This document shows, piece by piece, positions 20,608-31,063 of a stretch of 64,000 nt of DNA; the stretch's first letter is position 1; every line of letters starts with the position of its first letter. Source of the stretch: a bacterium (lineage in GTDB: Bacteria; Hinthialibacterota; Hinthialibacteria; Hinthialibacterales; Hinthialibacteraceae); NCBI GenBank assembly GCA_963663405.2, contig CAXXSM010000050.1, positions 1-64,000 of the forward strand, written 5' to 3'. The position numbers and the translations under genes are program-made. The notes below the pieces were generated by a model, which was given only the letters and a program-made list of their open reading frames with translations, was not told the DNA's origin and made no database searches.

Positions 20608-23600
20608 TCAACTCTCCTCCGGCGCATAGCAAATCAACGAACCGTCCATAGTCGTCATATATAATTTCCCATCCGATGCGATCAAGCCGTCAAAAGCAGG
20701 CATGCAATCTAATGAATAGGAAGCCAGTTTCGCTCCATCTTTTTTCGATACGACTTGCATGATACTGCCATATTTGCCCTGCAGCCATTCTGCTTGTTTA
20801 TGCATTTTTTCCTGATACGTCTCTTCATTGGAAAGGCCCCACAATTTCTTTTCATCCGCCAAATCACGTGGCCCGGCGATAAAAAGAAGATCGTTAGCCA
20901 TCACCATCGCTTTAACTTGGATCTCTGGCTCCTCATCGATCCAGTTGTAATCCAAGGCGGTCAGCTTGCTCATGGGCTGCTTCGCCAACGCTTTCCAGTC
21001 AACCGTATTGGGAGCTAAAAGGTCCTTTTCTTCGGTGGGATATTTCCCTTTGGGCCATCGAGTCCCTTCCAAGTTGGGAATACCGACTTTGCGTTTGGGC
21101 CGTTTCCCGGCGCTGTAAAACCGGTATTCAGTAACCGACGTGTTACATAGCAGTTCCGGATCACGCGCATAGGAATAAGCGTTGTTCTCATCTAAGCAGA
21201 GGATGCGCCCATACGGCACGCGCTTTGGAGGCAGTTGAAATTCCGCCCAACCTTCTCCAGCGGCCCGTCCATAGATCCAATACGTTCGTTGGTGCCATGC
21301 GTCATCCAAAAATGAGATCGGTGAAAAGAGATGAACCTCCTCATCGTACTGCGTATCCGGCCGCTGCGGTTGAATTCGGAGCCGCTTTCCGTCCTTCGTG
21401 AAGGTTTGAGATTTCATATAAATGTATTCGCCATCGCTGGAAAGGATATCCGGCATCGCTACCGGCATATGTTTGCCCATTAACAGATCCTGCAGGGAAT
21501 CATCACTATCCGGGACTTTATCATCCATTACGTTTTCATAGAGCGTCTCTCCAGTTTCAGGATTGAGCACGACCATCCGCAATCCACCATCGAGAAACAT
21601 GGAACGCCCCGCTACACAGTACAATTTCTCATCTTGGATCAAAACACTACCAGCGATCGGCCAGACTGATTCGAGTTGATCGAAGGAAATCAACTGCCGG
21701 GAGTTGGGCGCGGCCTGGTATTTCCATGCAAGGCGCCCATCCGATGCGTTGACCGCATAAACACAGCCATCCGCGCAACCGAAGAGCGCCATTCCCTTAT
21801 ATAAAGCCGGTGGAGAATTGACACGCCCGCCCGCAATGAAACGCCAAACCACTTCACCCGACGCCGCGTCCAAGGCGTAGATCGTATGCTCATCAATAGC
21901 GCTCAGAAACACTTTGCCGTTCGCGGTGACCGCTTGACTCAGTTTTGTCTTGAATTTCTTATCCCACGCTGGCGCAATCTTATAGCCTATATCCGTCTTC
22001 ACGTATCCACTGCGCGTGTTGTCATGCCGAAAAACAGGCCATTCGGACGTGGAGTATTCTGTCTGTTGATTGCGCTTTCCATACGCCGGTCCCTTGATCA
22101 ATCGCGTGTCAACGGGTGGAGCTACGTTGGATTGAGGATCTGGAGCGATCGCGTTAAATCCATTCAGTTTTGATTGGTAATAGCAGGCGCAAGCGTTCGG
22201 GCCTGCGTAAATCATGCCATTAGCAGGCATCGCGCCATAAACACAACACCCACGAACCCAATTGTTAATAGCCCACTCGTCTTTTTCAATATCATAGATC
22301 GTCATGCCCATAATCGGCGGCAGCAGGTATCGCTTCGTCGCTTTGCCGGGAAAGCATCTCTGGTGAATGTAGAAAGAGTCGATCGGATTACTGTATTCGT
22401 TGAGAATCGTTCCATCGGCAAGATCATAGGTAGTAAACACGCCTTTGTTCGCCCGTCCCATGGCCCAGATTTTATCACCGATCACATAAAAGTCTTCCAA
22501 ACTGTAGTGACCGGAAAGAGGCTTATTTTTAGCGTTCCAAATGATATTCCCCGTCTCCGCGTCGAGAACAAAAATCTCTTTTTGGGGAGCGAACACAATT
22601 TGCTTTTCACACAGAATCAACCTAGGCCCCGCATAGCCCGTTAAAATGCGGGGCGTATCCAACACATCGGTCCGCCAGAGTTCATCACCGGTCTCTCGAT
22701 CGAATGCGTAAATAGAATCACCGTCATAAAGACAGACTCTCTTTGCGTCGGCGGACAGCGTCATCGGAGCGGTGGGCATTTCCCGTTTCCAGATGGTTTC
22801 TCCAGTCTCTGCGTTCAGCGCTTTGACTACACGCGTTCCATTCTCCCTGTGCCAGCCCCAGCGCAGGTTGGCTCGGTCTCGTTCTTTCCAACAATTCGCA
22901 TTCTCCTGTTTGTAATCGCAGGGCTCTTCCGCTGGATTGACTGCGGCGAATATCACACCGCTGGAAACGATCAGTTCAAACGTAGAGGCGGTATTCTCAT
23001 ACTGGCGCAGAATCTTCCCCGTAGCCGCGTCTAAACAGAGAAGATCTTCGCCAGTTCCTGGCGCGATGTAAACTTTGTCATCAATGGCGACGAGACGCCT
23101 GGGAAGCCAGCCAGGGCCGCTTTTAAGCGGATAGAGATGATTGTGCCAATTTGGAAGCGGCCGTTTCCAGAATTCGACTCCATTAAAGGCGTCGCGGGCG
23201 GTCAGGTAATTTTCAGCGGGAAGTTGAATCGATTCCGTTGATCCTTCATCCATCACATAGAAGATCTTGCCGCCTGCGGATACCATAGCGTTCATACTGG
23301 CTGTATGTTCGTGGCTTCTAGCCCAAAATGGCCCGCAAGTCCACCGCAGGCCTTTTGGCTGTCCAGCGATCAAGTCGTTTGAAAGAGATGTCCCGCAGGA
23401 ATCATGCAAATAATGTGTCCATTCATCCATCGCTTCCGGCCAGGGCTTTTCGTAGATTGTCCAACCATCCATCGTTTTTAAGGATCGAGTCTTAAGACCA
23501 GGGATTTGTACATTGTTCTTCAGCAACGCCAAACCTTTCGGAGCCAGCACACGCGTAATCTCATCACGAGTCAATTTCCCTGGCTTAGAAATAAGCAATA

Positions 23601-23910
23601 GATTGACCATACCATCAACGTAGGGCAGGTTACGGCCGTCAAACTGCGCGATCGAGACCGGTCCATATCGCTCCGCGCTCATCACTTGTTCCCTGGCCGC
23701 CGCCAAAACGGCGGGATTCTCCGTCAGTCCTTGCACAACGAAGGAATGATCCATACCCAGCGAAGCGGCGAACGCTTCATCTTCACAACCCACGTAAACC
23801 AAAACGCCGCCACTGACGCCGGTTTCGTTAAGGATCGTTGGTAAGGACGCCGGATCGGCGTAACTCATCGAGCCAATCAAGGTGAGTACAATAAAAAGTG
23901 TTTTTCGCAT
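20608..23910 (-). CDS. Secreted PQQ-type beta-propeller repeat protein with N-terminal methyltransferase-like domain
   Basis: Repeated LDAxTG..W motifs, WPVFRHD..RSG, LPYVDGMVNL, RVLAPKG. Confidence 0.8.
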   Translation of the reverse strand: MRKTLFIVLTLIGSMSYADPASLPTILNETGVSGGVLVYVGCEDEAFAASLGMDHSFVVQGLTENPAVLAAAREQVMSAERYGPVSIAQFDGRNLPYVDGMVNLLLISKPGKLTRDEITRVLAPKGLALLKNNVQIPGLKTRSLKTMDGWTIYEKPWPEAMDEWTHYLHDSCGTSLSNDLIAGQPKGLRWTCGPFWARSHEHTASMNAMVSAGGKIFYVMDEGSTESIQLPAENYLTARDAFNGVEFWKRPLPNWHNHLYPLKSGPGWLPRRLVAIDDKVYIAPGTGEDLLCLDAATGKILRQYENTASTFELIVSSGVIFAAVNPAEEPCDYKQENANCWKERDRANLRWGWHRENGTRVVKALNAETGETIWKREMPTAPMTLSADAKRVCLYDGDSIYAFDRETGDELWRTDVLDTPRILTGYAGPRLILCEKQIVFAPQKEIFVLDAETGNIIWNAKNKPLSGHYSLEDFYVIGDKIWAMGRANKGVFTTYDLADGTILNEYSNPIDSFYIHQRCFPGKATKRYLLPPIMGMTIYDIEKDEWAINNWVRGCCVYGAMPANGMIYAGPNACACYYQSKLNGFNAIAPDPQSNVAPPVDTRLIKGPAYGKRNQQTEYSTSEWPVFRHDNTRSGYVKTDIGYKIAPAWDKKFKTKLSQAVTANGKVFLSAIDEHTIYALDAASGEVVWRFIAGGRVNSPPALYKGMALFGCADGCVYAVNASDGRLAWKYQAAPNSRQLISFDQLESVWPIAGSVLIQDEKLYCVAGRSMFLDGGLRMVVLNPETGETLYENVMDDKVPDSDDSLQDLLMGKHMPVAMPDILSSDGEYIYMKSQTFTKDGKRLRIQPQRPDTQYDEEVHLFSPISFLDDAWHQRTYWIYGRAAGEGWAEFQLPPKRVPYGRILCLDENNAYSYARDPELLCNTSVTEYRFYSAGKRPKRKVGIPNLEGTRWPKGKYPTEEKDLLAPNTVDWKALAKQPMSKLTALDYNWIDEEPEIQVKAMVMANDLLFIAGPRDLADEKKLWGLSNEETYQEKMHKQAEWLQGKYGSIMQVVSKKDGAKLASYSLDCMPAFDGLIASDGKLYMTTMDGSLICYAPEES

Positions 23911-24078
23911 GAGCCTTCTCCTTCTTTGAACATTGCGCTATTCAATAACAGCCGTATCATCCTATCACTTTCAGGAAAAATTGTGGAGGAGTATAATCGG
24001 TCGCACGGGATGAACTGAGATCTACCGCGCTCAGTGCAAACAGGAGGGATTTTTCTGGGATATATCTGGAGACCAGCG

Positions 24079-25299
24079 ATGATAGATAAAGACCATACAC
24101 TCCATTCCCGCCGTTCGTTTCTGCAATGGGGAACCGCATTGGCGATTGGCGGAACGATTCCCCGCGTCTATGCGGAATCTGACCAAAAAGCCGAAACGAC
24201 AAAGAAGAAATCAAATCAAAACGCGAAAGTCGCGATCGCGCGGTGCAAATCATACGGGCAGGAAGTAAAGAAGGCATATGAACAATGTTTCGACCTGCTC
24301 GGTGGTATCGGCGCGATGGTAAAAAATAAAACCGTCACAATTAAAGTGAACCTGACGGGTTTCGAAGAACGGTCACGCGATCCCAGCATCGGCAAACCGG
24401 GGGAGACCTACATCACCCACGGCGACACCGCTATCGCGCTCACATCCGTTCTATTTAACAATGGAGCCAAACGCGTCCGGATCGTCGAATCCGCCTATAC
24501 CCGGAACAACATGGAAGACCTTCTTGAAAAAGCCGAATGGGATGTCGACGCGCTCTACGCCCTTGGTGATGTCGAAATCGAAAATACCCGCAACCTGGGC
24601 TATGGAAAGAAATACGCTACGCTTCCCGTTCCAGGTGATGGCTATCTCTTTTCCTCTTTTGAATTGAATCATTCGTATCAAGACACAGATGTTTTTGTTT
24701 CGCTCTCAAAAATGAAAAACCATCTCGTCGCAGGTGTCACTCTAGCGATGAAAAACATTTTTGGTATCACACCCAGCAGCCGGTATGGCTCGGAAGCGGG
24801 GAGTGAAGACGCGATCGCCGGACGGATGCCCCTACATGGATATCGCCCACGAAGAAGACGCTGGGGAGGCCCGCGTAATGAAGAAACCATCGAACTGCCT
24901 GGCGCGAAAGATGGAGATTTCCCGATGGATCAAGGCTACCGGGTGCCCCATATCATCGCGGATCTATGCGCGGCGCGTCCAATCCACCTATCAATCATCG
25001 ATGGAATCATCGCCATGAGTGGACAGGAAATCCCAAACCGCTGGGGGGGCTCGTTGACAAAGCCGGGCGTTCTCATCGCCGGCCTGAATCCCGTATCCAC
25101 CGACGCCGTCGGAACCGCAGTCATGGGATACGCCGATCCGCGCGCCCAAAGAGGAACTACCCCATTTCAACGGGGTGACAACCACATCGCCCTTGCGGAA
25201 CAATGCGGGCTGGGAACCGCCGATCTCGCTGAAATCGAAGTGCTCGGAGCCTCAATCAAAGATGTGATCTATCCCTATGAAAAAAAAGAGGACCAATAA
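24079..25299 (+). CDS. DUF362 domain protein with Tat signal
   Basis: SRRSFL twin-arginine motif; VTIKVNL, KMKNH..AGVTLAMKNIFG, IIDGI, NPVSTDAV. Confidence 0.85.
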   Translation: MIDKDHTLHSRRSFLQWGTALAIGGTIPRVYAESDQKAETTKKKSNQNAKVAIARCKSYGQEVKKAYEQCFDLLGGIGAMVKNKTVTIKVNLTGFEERSRDPSIGKPGETYITHGDTAIALTSVLFNNGAKRVRIVESAYTRNNMEDLLEKAEWDVDALYALGDVEIENTRNLGYGKKYATLPVPGDGYLFSSFELNHSYQDTDVFVSLSKMKNHLVAGVTLAMKNIFGITPSSRYGSEAGSEDAIAGRMPLHGYRPRRRRWGGPRNEETIELPGAKDGDFPMDQGYRVPHIIADLCAARPIHLSIIDGIIAMSGQEIPNRWGGSLTKPGVLIAGLNPVSTDAVGTAVMGYADPRAQRGTTPFQRGDNHIALAEQCGLGTADLAEIEVLGASIKDVIYPYEKKEDQ

Positions 25300-25596
25300 A
25301 TCAACACAAAATACAAATCTCTTCCATCGAAAATTCTTAAATTAATCCTAATCCAACGCATAATATAATCCTGAATCAGTTCTATGATCCCTTAAAGGTG
25401 ATAATAAATATGAACAAATTATCTTTTCATCGCGACAAATATTAGATTTTTGTTAGCATATATTTCATAAATCACAATAACAGATATTAAATGTCCGTAT
25501 CATTAGTAATCCTCTTTGAATGGTTTGGATAATTTTGATAGACTTTCATACCTCTTCAGGTATGAATATGACTATTTAATTACTCAGGAGAGATGA

Positions 25597-28134
25597 ATGG
25601 TGAGAATAGGTATTGTTTTGTTAAGTGTAACGATGATCTGCTCCATTGTTTGGCCGGACGTAGTGATCAACGAGATTCATTACAATCCCCCTGACGAACA
25701 ATATACGTCAGGCACATTCCGGGAATTCATCGAATTGTACAATCCAGGTCCCAGTTCTATCGATATATCCGGTTATTACTTCGATAGAGGAATAACATTT
25801 GTGATTCCGGATGGTACGATCATGGAACCAAACTCTTATCTAATCTTGGCTCGTGATCCAGAAAATCGAATTTGGAGAAACACCCAATCCCTCGTCATGG
25901 GGCCGTATGAAGGACAATTATCCAACAGCGGAGAATGGTTATCAATACTGCGTCCCGATGGAACGATTGTAGAAGAATTTCGGTATAACGATAATTCACC
26001 CTGGAGCCGTTCCGCCGATGGTTATGGTTCCTCATTAGAGCGGATCGCCTGGGATTTACCAGCCGATGATTATCACAGCTGGCGGGCTTCCCTCTATGAT
26101 GAAGGCACCCCCGGTCAAGAAAATTCCGTTATTGGGACAAAGTCCAGGCCTGTTATTCTCTCACATGAAGTAATCCCCGCCCATCCAACATCTAATGATG
26201 AGGTCACGGTCCAACTCGGATTCGACGCCGCAAACATTATCCAATCAGTTACTTTACAATGGCTCAAAGCCGAACAAGGAGTCGAAGGTGGAAGTAATGA
26301 AGGGCCGGAAGTCTACGTCTCGTCCAGAGATAATTTTCAATATTGGAAAGGAACAGACGCGCCCTCGGAAGGTATCCTTTGGGCCGATCCAGATTTTGAC
26401 GATTCATCCTGGCGGCGGGGACGGGGCACATTTGGATACGGGGGGGGATGGTGGAGCCGGAATGGCACTGAACTGAATGATATGCGGAGTAATTATTCAA
26501 CCGTATACTTGCGCCGGAATTTCTCCATCCCTGACGCTGGGACAATGCAAAATGTTTTTATTCAAGTTCGTTACACGGGTGGTTTTATCTGTTATCTGAA
26601 TGGCGTCGAAGCCGCCCGCGCGAACGTCCCCGAATCATTTACCCACGAATCCCTTGCCACAGGCGCTCACGACATGAACGACTGGGAAATTTTCTCCATC
26701 CCAAACACCAACGGTTTATTGCAGGATGAAAATAATATTCTGGCGATCGTGGGTTTGAATTCCAGTTTGTCCGCCAATCAATTCTCATTGGGGATCAATC
26801 TCTATGAAGGAGAACGGATTATCACAGAGGTTGAACCGGATTACAACCAAACGTTAATGACCCGCGTTGCGGAGAGCGCCGATTCAGCTACATACGAAGC
26901 GAAAATCCACGCTATGCCATCTCAATCCCTAATTCGGTTCAACGCGAATCTGACATTGAATGACGATTCCTCCCTGCTGCTGCCTCATGTGAAGAATCTG
27001 CGGCCTTTTGAATCATATTTCGTTTATGATGGAGAAGTCGATACACTCTTATCGGTGATCTGGCCCTATTATGAAAGCACAGTCACATTAATGGAATTCG
27101 AACGCATTATGAGCGGCGCGGTTATCCTCCCGCCCGGCGAACGGAATCCCCTCGTTTTCGACGGCGCCTTGATCCGCACCTCCCGCAGTGGACAAAAAAT
27201 CAAGTTTCTTAAAGGTGAAGAATATCGGGGAGACCGGACTCTGAACATGCTCCCGGAACGCAATCAAACAGGCAATACATCCGGTCCAAGCACTCCCCAC
27301 CGGGAAGATCTCGGCTTCTGGTTTTTCCGTGAAATGGATATCCCTTCTCCCCGGACCGATTGGTTCCGAGTGATTGTCGATGGCGTTCACACCCAGCGGA
27401 TCATGATTGAGCAAGTCAACGAACGATTTCTAGAAATCAACGGCCGGAATCCTGACGCCGATCTATTTAAACGGAATTATGTGAGCCCCAACTGGGAACC
27501 TCATAACAATTTGGAGAACGGCACGGAAAGTATTGATACTCTGGAAACAGCGCTAAGGCGAGAACGCGATCAAACCAAACTGCATGAATTGCTGGAAACG
27601 AACCTGGTTGTAGATGAGTTCCTTCAGTACATCACCGCTTGTGTTCTACTGAGTAATTGGGATGGTTTTCATAACAACCATTGGATATATCTCGATCCAG
27701 ACACTCAGAAATGGGAGATGATCCCCTGGGATCTGGATAAAGCTTGGGGATATACCGATTCAAATCCCATGTTTACCGAAATGCCTATTGAATTCCCCCT
27801 GAATGGAAGAGCCGAACACGCGTCCCGTGAAACCGGACCGATTACCGGACCGCTATGTCAGGATGAAATATACTACCAGCAATACGTTGACCTATTGGGA
27901 TACGAATTCAACCACGCGTTCACCGAAGAACGAATGTTCGCCAAAATCTCGGAAACCGAAGAACTTCTTTTAGACGATCTTATTCTTCTTGAAGAGTATA
28001 CCGGCTCCACACGCGAACAACGCCGCGAACAGATTCTTGATTCGTATGAGACGCTTCGCACCTTTGTTCTATTAAGACGTGAGTTCCTAAGCGCTTACCT
28101 TCCCACGTCTGTGTCAAATTGGAGTGTGTATTAA
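25597..28134 (+). CDS. Secreted lamin-tail-domain plus CotH kinase family protein
   Basis: VVINEIHYNP..EFIELYN (LTD), ADGYGSSLER; CotH motifs NWDG..NN and IPWDLD; ends SVSNWSVY. Confidence 0.85.
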   Translation: MVRIGIVLLSVTMICSIVWPDVVINEIHYNPPDEQYTSGTFREFIELYNPGPSSIDISGYYFDRGITFVIPDGTIMEPNSYLILARDPENRIWRNTQSLVMGPYEGQLSNSGEWLSILRPDGTIVEEFRYNDNSPWSRSADGYGSSLERIAWDLPADDYHSWRASLYDEGTPGQENSVIGTKSRPVILSHEVIPAHPTSNDEVTVQLGFDAANIIQSVTLQWLKAEQGVEGGSNEGPEVYVSSRDNFQYWKGTDAPSEGILWADPDFDDSSWRRGRGTFGYGGGWWSRNGTELNDMRSNYSTVYLRRNFSIPDAGTMQNVFIQVRYTGGFICYLNGVEAARANVPESFTHESLATGAHDMNDWEIFSIPNTNGLLQDENNILAIVGLNSSLSANQFSLGINLYEGERIITEVEPDYNQTLMTRVAESADSATYEAKIHAMPSQSLIRFNANLTLNDDSSLLLPHVKNLRPFESYFVYDGEVDTLLSVIWPYYESTVTLMEFERIMSGAVILPPGERNPLVFDGALIRTSRSGQKIKFLKGEEYRGDRTLNMLPERNQTGNTSGPSTPHREDLGFWFFREMDIPSPRTDWFRVIVDGVHTQRIMIEQVNERFLEINGRNPDADLFKRNYVSPNWEPHNNLENGTESIDTLETALRRERDQTKLHELLETNLVVDEFLQYITACVLLSNWDGFHNNHWIYLDPDTQKWEMIPWDLDKAWGYTDSNPMFTEMPIEFPLNGRAEHASRETGPITGPLCQDEIYYQQYVDLLGYEFNHAFTEERMFAKISETEELLLDDLILLEEYTGSTREQRREQILDSYETLRTFVLLRREFLSAYLPTSVSNWSVY

Positions 28135-28176
28135 TCCATCATTCCGGATACTCACATCCCACAGCTCTCACAACCA

Positions 28177-28729
28177 TCATATCGTAAACTCGATTGTATG
28201 CCGTTGATAATAGACACAGTCTATGCTAAACGCTTCTATTAAAGGCAGTTTTTTTTTGCTGGGATACGACAGCGCGAATAGGGCCTGCATGGGTGATCCA
28301 TATCTCGGCTCTTGAATGTGCTTTTCGTTCCTCCAAAAATTCGATCACTCGTTGGCGCATATCGATAAAACTTTCTCCGTTGGGTGGTCTTTCATGAATC
28401 CAGTCATCAAAGAATTGTTTCAATTCTTCCGGTTGCTTCGCTTTTACTTCATCCCACGTCATATTCTCCCAATCGCCGAATGATTGTTCCCGGATTTGCT
28501 CTGTTTGTAAAAGTTGAAGGTTGTATTGCTCCGCGAGAAATTCGGCCGCCATACTGCAGCGTTTCAAATCGCTTGTAACAATCAAAGAATTTTTTTTAAG
28601 AATATTTTTATCAATTAAATCTATAATCCCTTCAGGTGGATTGGATAAAGGGATATCGCTCCAACCATAAATGCGGTTCTCTGGATTATGCACGGAACCG
28701 TGACGGATTAGATCGATTTGTTTCATCAT
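28177..28729 (-). CDS. cobC: Alpha-ribazole phosphatase (histidine phosphatase), frameshift in A9 run near 3' end
   Basis: LIRHG, SDLKRC, E..FGDWE, PPNGES, THAGPIR; removing one base from the 28249-28257 run gives the tail LPLIEAFSIDCVYY...; cob operon context. Confidence 0.8.
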
Positions 28730-29478
28730 GCCGCCGTTGCGAAGACGTGGAGAATGGTTTCAGTTATATGGATGACACAACCAGCGCAATCCCCTGTTAT
28801 ATACCCAATCCTTTTAAGAAAATACATGCGCGCCAGAAAAGGGATACCAATCAATAAAAGAGGGATGAGAACTGGATTGGAGGGCGCCACAGTTAAAACA
28901 ATGATGGTTGTAAATAGCATTCCCAAAACACAGCATCCCCATTGATTGGAAAACGGAATTGTTCGACTTAAACTTTCCGGAGGAATTTCTTTCGTTTGAG
29001 TCAGTGTCAAAAAAAGAACGCCTGTCATTCGTGACACGGCGGCGTATGAGATGATGTTACGGATAGCCATGTTTGGATCAATTGATGTTAACGCGGCATA
29101 ACGGAGCACATACATCGAGATCATTGCGAATGAACCATAAGATCCAATGCGGCTATCACGCATGATTTCCAGAATTTTCTTTGAATCGTATCCTCCCATC
29201 CCATCCGCGGCATCGGCCAACGCGTCTTCATGGAACGCTCCCGTGATCCAGCCATAAGCCAGCAAGGTAAGCGCTATGGATACTGGATATGGAAAGAAAA
29301 TATTCGCAGTGTATACAACAAACGCAGCCAATCCTCCAAGGATTCCACCAACAAGGGGGAAAAATATTCCCATTCGATAGAGGGCTTTGTCTGTGACCGC
29401 CCATTGTGGGATTGGTATCCATGATAGAAAGGCAATCGTTGAACACAATAATTTGAGAGGGTACAATAGCGTAGTCAT
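28726..29478 (-). CDS. cobS: Cobalamin synthase (adenosylcobinamide-GDP ribazoletransferase)
   Basis: FPLVG, TGAFHEDALADAADG, IMRDSRIGSYG, GYITGD. Confidence 0.93.
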   Translation of the reverse strand: MTTLLYPLKLLCSTIAFLSWIPIPQWAVTDKALYRMGIFFPLVGGILGGLAAFVVYTANIFFPYPVSIALTLLAYGWITGAFHEDALADAADGMGGYDSKKILEIMRDSRIGSYGSFAMISMYVLRYAALTSIDPNMAIRNIISYAAVSRMTGVLFLTLTQTKEIPPESLSRTIPFSNQWGCCVLGMLFTTIIVLTVAPSNPVLIPLLLIGIPFLARMYFLKRIGYITGDCAGCVIHITETILHVFATAA

Positions 29479-30521
29479 GACGTTGTTTTCGAACTGACTC
29501 CAGCGGATTCGAAGGTTGCCATCTCGTTGTAAATAGTGGCGGCGGCGTCAATAATTGGCAGCGAAATCAACGCGCCGCTGGCTTCGCCTAAACGCATATT
29601 CAAATCGAGAATCGGTGTGAGACGCAGATGATTTAGTATCTGCCGATGTCCAGGTTCAACAGATACATGACCGGCGAGGAATCCCGTTCGCGCAACAGGA
29701 TCGGCGCTTGCCGCAATTAGAGCGGCGGTGGAAACGATAAAGCCATCCAGCAGAACGATTAAGTTATGTTTACCTGCTTCAATCATGCCCCCAACCATCG
29801 CGGCGATTTCGAATCCACCAAGGCAAGTCAAGATAGAATATGGATCGGTCAACTGATCAGCATGAGTTTGCATCGCCCGTTCAATCACAGAAATTTTATG
29901 TTGAAGACCGGCATTATCCAGCCCCGTTCCCCGGCCCGTGATTTCTAAAACGGAGCATTGAAGTATCGCCGCGCAAATGGCTGACGCGGATGTCGTGTTC
30001 CCGATTCCCATCTCTCCAAATATAATCAGTTTAGCGCTCTGGGCGGCCTCTTCCTGTACAATCTGTTTGCCAATTTCGATGGCTTGCTCCATTTCCGCTT
30101 TCGTCATGGCGGATTCTTTCATCATATTCCGGGTTCCCGCTCGAATCACATGACGCTCTACCCCTGCAAATGATTGATCGACGGGAAGTTTCACACCCAC
30201 ATCGATCACACGCAGCTTCGCTTGGTGAAGTTTTGATAATACACTGACCGCCGCGCCTCCGCTGGCCATGTTCTTAAGCATTTCACCCGTCACAGATTGA
30301 GGAAACGCGCTGATCGCTTCTTCGCATACACCGTGGTCTCCGGCGAAAACAAGCACGCTCCGTGGCTTCGTTTTTGGAGTATCCGTCTGTTGAATCTCAC
30401 ACAATATAGCTGCGATATCTTCCACACGGCCAAGGCTGCGTGGAGGTTTTGTCAATCGATCCAAATGTTCCCACGCACGATCGATGTAAGATATGTTTCG
30501 TTGATCCATCACTCTATGCAT
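29475..30521 (-). CDS. cobT: Nicotinate-nucleotide-dimethylbenzimidazole phosphoribosyltransferase
   Basis: LTKPPRSLGRVE, FAGDHGV, GEMGIGNTT, MRLGEASGA. Confidence 0.95.
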   Translation of the reverse strand: MHRVMDQRNISYIDRAWEHLDRLTKPPRSLGRVEDIAAILCEIQQTDTPKTKPRSVLVFAGDHGVCEEAISAFPQSVTGEMLKNMASGGAAVSVLSKLHQAKLRVIDVGVKLPVDQSFAGVERHVIRAGTRNMMKESAMTKAEMEQAIEIGKQIVQEEAAQSAKLIIFGEMGIGNTTSASAICAAILQCSVLEITGRGTGLDNAGLQHKISVIERAMQTHADQLTDPYSILTCLGGFEIAAMVGGMIEAGKHNLIVLLDGFIVSTAALIAASADPVARTGFLAGHVSVEPGHRQILNHLRLTPILDLNMRLGEASGALISLPIIDAAATIYNEMATFESAGVSSKTTS

Positions 30522-30530
30522 TCCTCAGAA

Positions 30531-31061
30531 TCATTCAGGTAAATGACCTTTGATCGCAGTAGGGATTCCAGCAACAAAAAGTAGAACATTGCCGCAGGCT
30601 TGAGCGAAGCGTTGGTTCACCAATCCGAGCAAATCCCTATACTGCCTTCCCGATTCATAGGCGGGATGCACTCCCATGCCCACCTCATTGGTTACGATTA
30701 TTACATCCTTAGAAATTGCTTTGATTCTTTCCACCATAGGTTCTACCCATTTCATGATAAGATCATCGTGGGATTTTGATTCTTCCATGATACGGGCTGT
30801 CCAAATAGTCAAGCAATCAATGACAATACAATCATATGGATCTCCCGCTTGTTCTAAGGCGTACAAGATATTTGTTCCCGCTTCAATTGTAGTCCAACCT
30901 TCACCACGTTCCTGTTGGTGTTTTTGAATACGCATCCGCATATCGGCGTCACATGGTTCGGCGGTTGCGATGTATAACTTACTTTTATAATGTTGCGCAT
31001 AGTTAACAGCCCATGAACTTTTTCCGCTTCTTACACCGCCGATGAGTAAAAAAGAAGCCAT
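30531..31061 (-). CDS. cobU: Adenosylcobinamide kinase/guanylyltransferase
   Basis: GGVRSGKS P-loop, YIATA, RI..HQ..R, IDCLT, VTNEVGMG; true start MASF at 31061. Confidence 0.93.
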   Translation of the reverse strand: MASFLLIGGVRSGKSSWAVNYAQHYKSKLYIATAEPCDADMRMRIQKHQQERGEGWTTIEAGTNILYALEQAGDPYDCIVIDCLTIWTARIMEESKSHDDLIMKWVEPMVERIKAISKDVIIVTNEVGMGVHPAYESGRQYRDLLGLVNQRFAQACGNVLLFVAGIPTAIKGHLPE

Positions 31062-31063
31062 GT

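Noticed and set aside
20608-23910. True BamB or PQQ dehydrogenase
   Set aside because: The architecture matches the expanded PVC-type propeller paralogues; no basis for a specific function
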